From Gemmatimonadaceae bacterium (GTDB lineage: Bacteria; Gemmatimonadota; Gemmatimonadetes; Gemmatimonadales; Gemmatimonadaceae): a stretch of 43,989 nucleotides of DNA. Below, one piece after another: positions 16,212 through 26,103 of this stretch. Both the position numbers and the translations under genes were made by a program. Below the pieces are notes generated by a model. That model searched no databases. It was given only the letters and a program-made list of their open reading frames with translations, and had not been told where the DNA came from. The stretch is taken from the NCBI GenBank assembly GCA_035764975.1, contig DASTYL010000137.1, forward strand, positions 1-43,989, given 5' to 3'. How positions within the stretch are numbered: position 1 is the first letter of the stretch; every line of letters begins with the position of its first letter.

Positions 16212-16736
16212 ATGGCCGGTCCGCTGCTCCGCGCAATCCCCAACCTGTTGTCCGCGTCGCGCCTGCTGCTCGCCGCGGGCTTCGTCGTGGCGGATGCCAA
16301 CGGCACGCGACTCGGCCTGATCACCGTGGCGGGGATCACGGACGTCCTGGATGGCTTCCTTGCGCGGCGCGTGAATGCGGCCACGCGATGGGGGGCACTC
16401 GTCGATCCCATCGCCGACCGGTTCTTCGCCCTCACGGCGGTCGCCACGCTGCTGTTCGTCGGGCTGCTCACCGTGCCGCAGTACTTCGTGCTGATCATGC
16501 GCGATCTCGCGACGGCGGTGGGATTCCTCGTCGCGCGCGCAGTCCCTGCGCTCCGCAATGCGACGTTCAAGGCGCGATGGACGGGCAAGGCCGTCACCTT
16601 CCTGCAGTTCGCGGCGCTCGTGTGCGCCCTCGCGTATCCTCCCGCGCTCGCCGCCCTGATCCCGCTGCTGTTCGGGGTGTCGGCACTCTCGATCGCGGAC
16701 TACACCATGGCGCTCTGGCGGGGACGGAAGGGATGA
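16212..16736 (+). CDS. CDP-alcohol phosphatidyltransferase (PgsA-sized)
   Basis: D-G-x2-A-R-x8-G-x3-D-x3-D motif in DVLDGFLARRVNAATRWGALVDPIADR. About 5 TM helices. Confidence 0.85.
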   Translation: MAGPLLRAIPNLLSASRLLLAAGFVVADANGTRLGLITVAGITDVLDGFLARRVNAATRWGALVDPIADRFFALTAVATLLFVGLLTVPQYFVLIMRDLATAVGFLVARAVPALRNATFKARWTGKAVTFLQFAALVCALAYPPALAALIPLLFGVSALSIADYTMALWRGRKG

Positions 16737-17239
16737 TGCCTGGAGTGAAGGCAGTGCTTCTCGGCGCATGCGCCGTGGCGCTCGCCGGCCACCCTGCCAC
16801 GCTCGCCGCACAGGCGCCGGATGGCGCCGAGCGTCCAGCGCGTCGCCTGCGGCCGGAGCTGCGGATCGACTACATCGGGGCGCGCACGCACGCTGTGCAG
16901 GCGGGCGCCGGGATCTCGATACCGGCGGGAACGTACGCGCGCCTGGGCGTCGCCGCGGGCGTGGGTCCGGGGTGGGGTGACAGCACGTTCACCAGCGCGC
17001 GCGCCGATGCGACCGTCCGGTTTCTCATCGATCCGTTCCGCCGCTCGCGATGGGGGCTGTCATTCGGCGGCGGCCTGAGCGCGCTTCACGACGGAAGCGA
17101 CCTGCGGGGGCTCGCGCTGTTGTTCGCAGACGTCGAAGGCCCCGGCGACGCGGGATGGATCCCGTTCGCCGGGGTCGGCGTCGGCGGCGGCGTGCGCGTC
17201 ACGCTCGGCGTGCGCAGAGCCGCGACGGCGGGACGCTAG
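16733..17239 (+). CDS. small secreted Gly/Ala-rich protein, possibly a small OM beta-barrel
   Basis: In frame with ORF 16172..17239. ATG at 16733 overlaps the upstream stop (ATGA). Signal peptide MMPGVKAVLLGACAVALAGHPATLAAQA. Alternating beta-strand-like segments. Confidence 0.55.
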   Translation: MMPGVKAVLLGACAVALAGHPATLAAQAPDGAERPARRLRPELRIDYIGARTHAVQAGAGISIPAGTYARLGVAAGVGPGWGDSTFTSARADATVRFLIDPFRRSRWGLSFGGGLSALHDGSDLRGLALLFADVEGPGDAGWIPFAGVGVGGGVRVTLGVRRAATAGR

Positions 17240-17266
17240 ACTTCGCGGTCGCGCCGGCCTTCTACC

Positions 17267-17296
17267 AACAAAAAGGGCGGCGTGAATACGCCGCCC
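17267..17296 (-). terminator. intrinsic terminator (serves the minus-strand gene; also lies 3' of the plus-strand gene)
   Basis: GGGCGGCG (17275-17282), loop TGAATA, CGCCGCCC (17289-17296). On the minus strand the stem is followed by TTTTTGTT (plus strand AACAAAAA, 17267-17274). Confidence 0.7.
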
Positions 17297-17303
17297 ACTT
17301 GCT

Positions 17304-17579
17304 TCACGCCGCGTCCGAGGTCGTCGTGCGGGCCTTCGGAGGCTGGGCGAACCGGGTCCCCAGGGTACGCAGTTCCGTCAGCTGCTGCTTGCTCAGCTCG
17401 GGATAGCGGCCTTCGAGATACGTGAACGTCTCGTCGAACCACTCCTCGATGTGCTCGGGAGCAGCGCCGATGACGCCACACCGCATGATGTGCTGAAACA
17501 GCTCGTCACGGGCTTCCTCGAACGGGCTCGGGATCGCCGGCGCCGACGGACGACGTGTCTGGGTCTTCGCTCGGGACAT
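17304..17579 (-). CDS. hypothetical small protein
   Basis: 91-aa ORF with its own terminator. No motif recognised. Confidence 0.5.
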   Translation of the reverse strand: MSRAKTQTRRPSAPAIPSPFEEARDELFQHIMRCGVIGAAPEHIEEWFDETFTYLEGRYPELSKQQLTELRTLGTRFAQPPKARTTTSDAA

Positions 17580-17711
17580 GTAAGACAGTAGAGGGAAAAG
17601 GCGATGGCTTCACTGAGCTGTCCCACGGGACCAGCTCAGCCACGAAGTATAGCCGATCGTGCGGCAAAAGGATACCTGCGGTTCCGTTTTCGTGCGCGGG
17701 AACACGCCCGC

Positions 17712-18635
17712 TCAGACCGCCACCCGTGCTCCCATCGCCTCGAGGATGAGGTTGGCCAGGGTCTCGGGGGCCTCTTCCGGGACGAGGCGGCCCACGGCGG
17801 GCAGCCGGACCAGCCGGACATCGTGCAGCGTCTCCACCAGGCGGTCGGCCAGCCGCGGCCCGACCCAGCGGTCCTGGTCGCCCCAGACGATCAGCGTCGG
17901 CTGGGGGAGCGCGTGCATCTCGACCTCCTCCATGTCCTCGGCGTCCACCGCCCGGGCGAGGAGCAGCAGGTGGTTGAGCCCCTCCTTGCCGACGTAGGGC
18001 GCCAGGTACCGGGCGATCAGGGCGTCCGGCATGTTCCCGGGATCGGCCACCGAGCCGGTCAGCAGCTCACGCAGCAGCGGGGCGGCGCCGAGGATCCCGC
18101 GGGAGACGCGGAAGGCGAACCGGGCGGTGTTCCGCTGGAGCGTCTCGATGTCGGCGGCCGGGACCTCGTCGAAGGCGATCGGGTTCACCAGCACGAGCCG
18201 GTCGACGCGCTCCGGCCGCGTGGCCGCGAGGCGGATCGCGATGGCGGCGCCGAGATCGATGCCGACGACGGTCGCGCTCTGGAGGCGGAGCGCGGTGAGC
18301 GCGCGGTCGAGGTATTCGGCCTGGGCGGCGATGCCGAAGTCCGCATCGAAGGGACGGTCGGATTCGCCATGGCCGAACAAATCGATCGCATAGGCGGTAC
18401 GATTGGCAAGCGCGATGGTCGGGGCGACGTCGCGCCAGAGAAAGGCGCTCGTGCCGAATCCATGCACGAGGAGTACGGGCGCGCCGCCGTGCCCGTACCG
18501 CTCCACATGCATGGAGCCTGGGCCGACCGGGATGCGCAGCAAGTCTGCGTCGATGAGTGCCTCCGGGGAGAGTTCAACCGGTTGAGGGCTCGTTGCTTGC
18601 GCAGGAAAAGTACCGTCGTAGCTTACCGCGGGCAC
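17712..18635 (-). CDS. alpha/beta-fold hydrolase with an Asp in the nucleophile elbow (epoxide hydrolase / dehalogenase-like)
   Basis: The HGFG oxyanion segment (VLLVHGFGTSAFLW) is present. The nucleophile elbow reads VVGIDLGAAIA, i.e. G-x-D-x-G instead of G-x-S-x-G. GTG start; the start is uncertain. Confidence 0.85.
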   Translation of the reverse strand: MPAVSYDGTFPAQATSPQPVELSPEALIDADLLRIPVGPGSMHVERYGHGGAPVLLVHGFGTSAFLWRDVAPTIALANRTAYAIDLFGHGESDRPFDADFGIAAQAEYLDRALTALRLQSATVVGIDLGAAIAIRLAATRPERVDRLVLVNPIAFDEVPAADIETLQRNTARFAFRVSRGILGAAPLLRELLTGSVADPGNMPDALIARYLAPYVGKEGLNHLLLLARAVDAEDMEEVEMHALPQPTLIVWGDQDRWVGPRLADRLVETLHDVRLVRLPAVGRLVPEEAPETLANLILEAMGARVAV

Positions 18636-18670
18636 CGGGCTGCCCGCGCAGTTCCCACCAAGGTGCTCGC

Positions 18671-18997
18671 ATGTCGAAAAACGAAGACCAGACGTACGGC
18701 GAGGAACGCCGCCGCGAGCTGGAGCGCATGCTCCGGTCGCTCGCGGAGCTGATCAGGGAGCTCGATACCCGCGGTCCGGGCCAGCTCCTGGCCGGCGCTG
18801 GCGAGCTGATGCGTCTCATCGGCGACGTGCGCAGTGAGCTGTTCCACTACGAAGTTCGAGCGACCTACGACACCCCCGAAGTGGCGGACAGCCGCCGCAT
18901 CGTGCGGGACGCCAAAGCACGCGCCGAAGACGCGCCGGAGCACAAATGGGAAAAGACCGAGTGGGATCCAACAAGGGACGACGACCCGGAGTGGTGA
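18671..18997 (+). CDS. hypothetical acidic, helical small protein
   Basis: In frame with ORF 18557..18997, starting at the ATG at 18671 with AAGGTG upstream. No family recognised. Leads the DsbA-VKOR genes. Confidence 0.5.
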   Translation: MSKNEDQTYGEERRRELERMLRSLAELIRELDTRGPGQLLAGAGELMRLIGDVRSELFHYEVRATYDTPEVADSRRIVRDAKARAEDAPEHKWEKTEWDPTRDDDPEW

Positions 18998-19686
18998 AGG
19001 AGACCCGGAAGAGCTCCAACCGCGCCTTCTACATCGCGCTCGCCGCGGTCGCCCTCGGCGGCATCGCGGTGCTCTCCTACCTCACCACGCGCTCCGCCAG
19101 CCGCCAGGTCATCGAAGTCGATCCCACGCTCCCGCCCGTCGAGGCGGTCGGGTACGTGCTCGGCAAGGCCGACGCTCCGATCGAGGTGCTCGAGTTCGCC
19201 GACTTCGAGTGCCCGGGCTGCGCGCAGTTCGCCATCCTGACGGCGCCTGACGTGAAGCAGCGGCTCGTCGAGACGGGCCAGATCCGTCTCCGCCTGATGG
19301 ACTTCCCGCTCCAGATGCACCGGAACGCGTGGACGGCGTCGCTCTCCGCCGCGTGCGCCAACGAGCAGGGGAAGTTCTGGGAGATGCATGACGCGATCTT
19401 CGCGGCGCAGGATCGCTGGAACACCCAGGCGACCGGCAATCCGCTCAAGGTCATGGTGGAGCTGGCCGGGGGGATCGGGCTGGACGTGAGCCAGTTCGCG
19501 AACTGCGTCGAGACACGGAAGTACCAGGCGAACGTGCAGGCGCACATGAAGGAGGCCGAGCGGCGGGGCGTCAGCGCGACGCCGAGCTTCATCATCGGCG
19601 GAAAGCTCATTCCCGGCGCGATCGGGTACGACACCTTCAAGGCGTACGTCGATTCCGCCCTCGCCGGGGTGAGCGCGCCCCGCTGA
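18946..19686 (+). CDS. DsbA-family thiol:disulfide oxidoreductase, membrane-anchored
   Basis: CPGC active site (FADFECPGCAQF), thioredoxin fold and an N-terminal TM anchor. Alternative GTG starts at 18991/18994 would give a GTGA overlap with the upstream stop instead of a 52-nt overlap. Confidence 0.85.
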   Translation: MGKDRVGSNKGRRPGVVKETRKSSNRAFYIALAAVALGGIAVLSYLTTRSASRQVIEVDPTLPPVEAVGYVLGKADAPIEVLEFADFECPGCAQFAILTAPDVKQRLVETGQIRLRLMDFPLQMHRNAWTASLSAACANEQGKFWEMHDAIFAAQDRWNTQATGNPLKVMVELAGGIGLDVSQFANCVETRKYQANVQAHMKEAERRGVSATPSFIIGGKLIPGAIGYDTFKAYVDSALAGVSAPR

Positions 19687-20117
19687 TGCGGCGCCGACTC
19701 GTGGCGCTGCTCGCGCTGGGCGGCGTCTTCCTCGCGACGTACCTGACGCTCTACAAGCTCGGCCTCATCGGAACGCTCGCCTGCAGCATCGGCGAGTGCG
19801 AGACGGTGCAGACGAGCCGCTGGGCGACCTTCCTCGGGCTGCCGGTCGCGGCCTGGGGGATCGGGTTCTACCTGCTGGTGTTCGTGCTGGCGCTGCTCTG
19901 GTCGGAGAGCGCCCTCTCGGAGTCGCGCGCGCTCGGGTGGACGATGGCCGCGCTGACGGGGTGGGGCGTGCTCTTCTCGACGTGGCTCACCTATCTCGAG
20001 CTGTACGTCATCCACGCGATCTGCACGTGGTGCGTCGTTTCGGCGATCCTGGCGACGGTGCTCTTCGTGGTGGTGCTGGCGGAGCGTCCGTGGCGGTCAC
20101 CGGAGCTGGCGGCGTAG
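19686..20117 (+). CDS. vitamin K epoxide reductase (VKOR) family protein
   Basis: Four TM helices, a loop Cys pair (CSIGEC) and CxxC in a helix (CTWC). The start overlaps the DsbA stop (TGATG). Confidence 0.85.
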   Translation: MRRRLVALLALGGVFLATYLTLYKLGLIGTLACSIGECETVQTSRWATFLGLPVAAWGIGFYLLVFVLALLWSESALSESRALGWTMAALTGWGVLFSTWLTYLELYVIHAICTWCVVSAILATVLFVVVLAERPWRSPELAA

Positions 20118-20140
20118 GGGACGAGCGAAGACGACACAAC

Positions 20141-20183
20141 GACAGCGGCCCGGCGAGAGCATCTCGCCGGGCCGCTGTCGTTT
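20141..20183. terminator. bidirectional terminator hairpin between convergent genes
   Basis: Perfect 17-bp stem: GACAGCGGCCCGGCGAG (20141-20157) pairs with CTCGCCGGGCCGCTGTC (20163-20179). Loop AGCAT, followed by GTTT. Confidence 0.65.
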
Positions 20184-20200
20184 CCGGGGCGGGACTACGC

Positions 20201-20575
20201 CTAGGCGCGCCGCGTCGACCGCTGCCGTGCCTCGTCGAGCCGGAGCTGCGGCCTGGTCTCGTCGAGCTCTTCCGCCTCACGCGCGCGGCGGCGGTAGGGG
20301 ACGAGCTCCTGGCCGAGGATGACCAGCGTCCTCGTGACCACCGTGCTCGCCAGCGGCTCGGGGACGGCCATCTCACGGACGTAGGCTTCGATTGCCCGGT
20401 CGAACGAGAGGTCTTCCGCCAGCGTGTCCACGAACATCAGCGCATTGTCGACGTGGGCGCGGACGATCGCCTCCTCGGCGCGCGCGACGGCGAGGCGCAG
20501 GCGGCGCTCCGTCGCCGGCTCCAGCTTGCGGGCGAAGAGGGTTTCGGGGAAGAGACGGCGGAAGAAGTTGGCCAT
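20201..20575 (-). CDS. hypothetical protein
   Basis: From ORF 20201..20725, starting at the internal ATG at 20575 (MANFFRRLFPE...). The upstream part of the ORF is the heptad hairpin and is rejected as coding. Confidence 0.5.
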   Translation of the reverse strand: MANFFRRLFPETLFARKLEPATERRLRLAVARAEEAIVRAHVDNALMFVDTLAEDLSFDRAIEAYVREMAVPEPLASTVVTRTLVILGQELVPYRRRAREAEELDETRPQLRLDEARQRSTRRA

Positions 20576-20631
20576 TGAGGAAACAGGTTCGGGGCTGAGA
20601 GGCAGTTCCGCAAGAGCAGGACGTATGCCGG

Positions 20632-20715
20632 GCCGAGATGCGAGATGCGAGATGCGAGAACCGCCAGCAGGTCTCGACCGGTCGGCAGTTCTCGCATCTC
20701 GCATCTCGCAGCTCG
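20632..20715. repeat. heptad-built hairpin (GCGAGAT-type arms)
   Basis: Positions 20639-20661 pair perfectly (23 bp) with 20688-20710, plus 4 more bp after one mismatch. 26-nt loop. The arms are (GCGAGAT)x3 + AAC facing GTT + (CTCGCAT)x3. It begins 17 nt past the acs stop on the minus strand. Confidence 0.85.
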
Positions 20716-20731
20716 CCGGTACCATCCGTCC

Positions 20732-22705
<1,974 letters not shown>

Positions 22706-22740
22706 CGTCTGGCGTTTGGCGTCGGGCGTCGGGCGCGGCC
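22706..22740 (-). repeat. in-phase heptad tract abutting the acs start codon
   Basis: Minus strand, 5' to 3': GGCCGCG CCCGACG CCCGACG CCAAACG CCAGACG then ATG. No SD. Confidence 0.8.
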
Positions 22741-22831
22741 CCCCGTCGAGGCGAGGCCGGGCGGATGGTCATCAGTCTGGGTGTGCAGGCGCGGCGGGGC
22801 AAGTTCTTCGCCGGAAGCGCGGGCGCGCCGG

Positions 22832-24181
22832 CTACTCGAGCTCCGGCTCCCCCGTCCGATCCACCAGGAACAGCGAACCGACGACCACCGTCAGCAGCGC
22901 CACGCCGATCGGATACCAGAGCCCTGCGTAGATGTTGCCGGTCCGTGCCACCATCGCGGTGGCGATGAACGGCAGGAAGCCGCCGAACCAGCCGTTGCCG
23001 AAGTGGTAGGGAAGCGACAGCGACGTGTAGCGGATGCGCGCCGGGAACGCCTCGACCAGGAACGCCGCGATCGGCCCGTACACCATCGTGACGAAGAGCA
23101 CCTGCACCAGCACGAGGAGCACGAGCATCGCCGTGCTGAAAGTCGCCGGGTCCGCGTAGTGCCGCATCGCCATGTAAATGGGGTAGTAGCTCAGTGCCGC
23201 GACCAGGTTGCCGGCCATCATCACGCGCTTGCGGCCGATGCGATCGCTGAGCGCACCGAACACGATGAAGAACGGCGTCCCGAGCGCCAGCGCGATCGCG
23301 ACGATGATGTACGCGAGATCGGCGTCCACCTTGAGCACCGTCTGGAGGAAGAACAGCGCGTAGAACTGGCCCGTGTACCAGACGACGGCCTGGCCCGCGG
23401 TGGCCCCGATGAGGATGAGGAAGAACACCTTCCATCGGTCGGCCGTGCCGTAGCTGTCGCGGATCGGCGCGCGCGACGTCTTGCCCTGGGCCTTGAGCGC
23501 GAGAAAGACGGGCGACTCCTGCATCCGCCGGCGGATGTAGTACGAGACGCCGACGAGGAGCACCGAGAGCAGGAAGGGAATGCGCCAGCCCCAGTCCGCG
23601 AACGCTTCCTGGCCCACCGCGCGGCGCGTCAGGAGGATGACGAGCAGCGAGACGAACAGGCCGAGCGTGGCGGTGGTCTGGATGAAGCTCGTGTAGAACC
23701 CGCGTCGGTCCGCGGGCGAGTGCTCCGCGACGTACACCGCCGCGCCCCCGTATTCGCCGCCGAGGGCGAGCCCCTGCAGCAGGCGCAGCGTGACGAGGAT
23801 GATCGGCGCCGCGATGCCGATCGTCTCGTGCCCGGGGAGGATGCCGATCACCGCCGTCGAGCCGCCCATGATGAGGAGCGTCAGCATGAACGCGTACTTG
23901 CGGCCGACGAGGTCACCGATGCGGCCGAACACGAGCGCGCCGAACGGGCGGACGGCAAAGCCGGCCGCGAACGTCGCCAGTGTCTTGAGGAAGCCCGCGA
24001 TCTCGCTGCCGGAGGGGTAGAACTTCGCGGCGATGATCGTCGCGAGGGATCCGAAGAGATAGAAGTCGTACCACTCGATGATCGTGCCGGCCGACGAGGC
24101 ACCGATCACGGTGGCGAGGGTGCGTTTGTCGGACGGGACGAGGGACGGATGCGTGGCGGGGGCACGCGTCGGTTCTGCCAT
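22832..24181 (-). CDS. MFS transporter, metabolite:H+ symporter (MHS) type
   Basis: From ORF 22832..24247, starting at the ATG at 24181 (MAEPTRAP). GTIIEWYDFYLFG and GRIGDLVGRKY are typical of the KgtP/ProP/CitA-type MHS family. 12 TM helices. Confidence 0.85.
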   Translation of the reverse strand: MAEPTRAPATHPSLVPSDKRTLATVIGASSAGTIIEWYDFYLFGSLATIIAAKFYPSGSEIAGFLKTLATFAAGFAVRPFGALVFGRIGDLVGRKYAFMLTLLIMGGSTAVIGILPGHETIGIAAPIILVTLRLLQGLALGGEYGGAAVYVAEHSPADRRGFYTSFIQTTATLGLFVSLLVILLTRRAVGQEAFADWGWRIPFLLSVLLVGVSYYIRRRMQESPVFLALKAQGKTSRAPIRDSYGTADRWKVFFLILIGATAGQAVVWYTGQFYALFFLQTVLKVDADLAYIIVAIALALGTPFFIVFGALSDRIGRKRVMMAGNLVAALSYYPIYMAMRHYADPATFSTAMLVLLVLVQVLFVTMVYGPIAAFLVEAFPARIRYTSLSLPYHFGNGWFGGFLPFIATAMVARTGNIYAGLWYPIGVALLTVVVGSLFLVDRTGEPELE

Positions 24182-24261
24182 CAGGGCTCCAGGGTGGACA
24201 TTCGGCGCGAACGTTCCGCTCCGGGGGGGAGTGGCGCAAGGCATCATGCTATCTTCCGCGC

Positions 24262-25071
24262 ATGGCGGCGGATCTCACCAGCGGCTCCCCCTATGCCGAC
24301 GTCGGCCCGCTGGCGGGCCGGCACATCGTCGTGACGCGCCCGGGCATGGCGGGGGTGCGTCTCGCCGAATCGCTGGAGGCGCTCGGCGCGCGCGCCACGC
24401 ACGTGCCGCTCACGCGGATCGAGATGGTGGACCGCGAGGGGCTGGCGTGGCGACTCGCCGCCCGCGCGCACGACTGGGTGATCTTCACGAGCGCCAACGC
24501 GGTGCGTGCCGCGGCCGACGCCGCCCTGATCGTGGCGCCCGCGGGCGGGCTGGCGGAGGCACTGGCGGGTGTGCAGGTCGCCTCCGTCGGCCGCGTCACC
24601 GCCGAGGCGCTGCACGACCGCGGCGTGGCGCCCGTGGTGGTGCCCGGTCGATTCGATGCCGAGGCGCTGCTCGAGGCACTCGCCCGGCGCGACGACGTGC
24701 GGGGCCGTCGATTCCTGCACCCCGCGGCCGCGGGGGCCAGCGAGCTGCTCGGGGCCGGGCTCGCGGCGCTGGGCGCCGACGTCGAGACGGTGATCGCCTA
24801 TGCGACCGTCCCCGACGAGGCGGGGGCCGCCGCGCTGCGCCGCCTGCTGGATCACGAGAACGTCGATCTCGTCACGTTCCTCGCGCCCTCGGCGGTCTCC
24901 GCCTTCGTCGCGGCCCTCGGTGCCGAACGCGCCGTGGGCATCCCGGCGGCGTCCATCGGACCGGTGACCACCGCCGCGCTCGTGCAGCATCACATCCGTG
25001 TGGTCGTCGAGCCGGACGAAGCGACGGCGTCGCGACTCGTTGAGGCCATCACGGCCCGCTACATTCGCTGA
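24262..25071 (+). CDS. hemD: uroporphyrinogen-III synthase
   Basis: HemD-like (HIVVTRP...WVIFTSANAV...). Sits immediately upstream of hemC and hemB. Confidence 0.8.
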   Translation: MAADLTSGSPYADVGPLAGRHIVVTRPGMAGVRLAESLEALGARATHVPLTRIEMVDREGLAWRLAARAHDWVIFTSANAVRAAADAALIVAPAGGLAEALAGVQVASVGRVTAEALHDRGVAPVVVPGRFDAEALLEALARRDDVRGRRFLHPAAAGASELLGAGLAALGADVETVIAYATVPDEAGAAALRRLLDHENVDLVTFLAPSAVSAFVAALGAERAVGIPAASIGPVTTAALVQHHIRVVVEPDEATASRLVEAITARYIR

Positions 25072-25072
25072 C

Positions 25073-26053
25073 ATGTCCCGCACCGTCCGCGACCCGCAGG
25101 GTCCGATCATCATCGCGACCCGCTCGAGCGAGCTCGCGCTGCGGCAGGCGCACCAGGTGCAGGCCGCGCTGCGCGATCGCGGCCTCGACGCCGAGCTGAA
25201 GACGTACAAGACGGTGGGCGACAAGCGGCTCGACGAGCCGCTCAGCGCGATCGGCGCGAAGGGCCTCTTCACGAAGGAGCTCGAGGACGATCTCGTCGCG
25301 GGGCTCGTCGATTGCGCGGTGCACTCGCTCAAGGACCTGCCCACGGAGTCGCCGGCCGGCCTGGTCGTCGGCGCCGTGCTCCGGCGCGAGGATCCGCGGG
25401 ATGCCCTCGTCTTCGGGCCGGAGATCGGCACGGGCGCGGGGCTCGATGCGCTGCCGCGCGGCGCGCGCGTCGGCACGTCCAGCCTGCGGCGGCGCGCCCA
25501 GCTGCTTGCGCTGCGCCCGGACCTCGAGGTGGCGGAGCTCCGCGGCAACGTGGGCACGCGGCTCCGGAAGATCGACGGGGGCCAGGTGCACGCCGCGATC
25601 CTCGCTGCCGCCGGGCTGCATCGCCTCGACGCCCACGACCGGGTGGGCGCCTATCTCGAGCCCCCGGCATGGCTGCCCGCCGCGGGCCAGGGGGCAATCG
25701 CGGTCCAGATCCGCGCGGGCGACCCGCGCATGACCCCCGTGGCCGAGTCGCTCAACGATGCGGCGACGTCGCTGGCGGTCCGCGCCGAGCGGGCGTTCCT
25801 CGCCGCGCTCGAGGGGGGCTGCCAGGTGCCGATCGGGGCGCTGGCGCGCTCGGATGGTGACTCGACCCGCCTCTGGGGGATGCTGGCCGACGTGACGGGC
25901 GTCCGCGTGCTCCGGGGCGACATCGCCGTGGACCCGGCGGCGCCCGAGGAGTCCGGACGGTCGCTCGCGCAAGAGCTTCGCGAGCGTGGGGCCGGGGAGA
26001 TCCTGGTCGGCCTGCGGGACGTGAAGAAGGTCCCGAGCCCGCAGCCTGAGTAG
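25073..26053 (+). CDS. hemC: hydroxymethylbilane synthase (porphobilinogen deaminase)
   Basis: In frame with ORF 24998..26053, starting at the ATG at 25073. [39 protein letters not shown] and the cofactor-Cys segment [10 protein letters not shown]. Confidence 0.95.
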   Translation: MSRTVRDPQGPIIIATRSSELALRQAHQVQAALRDRGLDAELKTYKTVGDKRLDEPLSAIGAKGLFTKELEDDLVAGLVDCAVHSLKDLPTESPAGLVVGAVLRREDPRDALVFGPEIGTGAGLDALPRGARVGTSSLRRRAQLLALRPDLEVAELRGNVGTRLRKIDGGQVHAAILAAAGLHRLDAHDRVGAYLEPPAWLPAAGQGAIAVQIRAGDPRMTPVAESLNDAATSLAVRAERAFLAALEGGCQVPIGALARSDGDSTRLWGMLADVTGVRVLRGDIAVDPAAPEESGRSLAQELRERGAGEILVGLRDVKKVPSPQPE

Positions 26054-26103
26054 ATTCATCGGTTCGATCTCCAACGCAGCACGCAGTCGCTCCAACGCCG
26101 ACG

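Noticed and set aside
26058-26076. A tRNA T-arm-like string GGTTCGATCTCC between hemC and hemB.
   Set aside because: The intergenic gap is only 50 nt, no matching T-stem complement or acceptor/anticodon arms can be drawn, and the string is part of the heptad leader of hemB.
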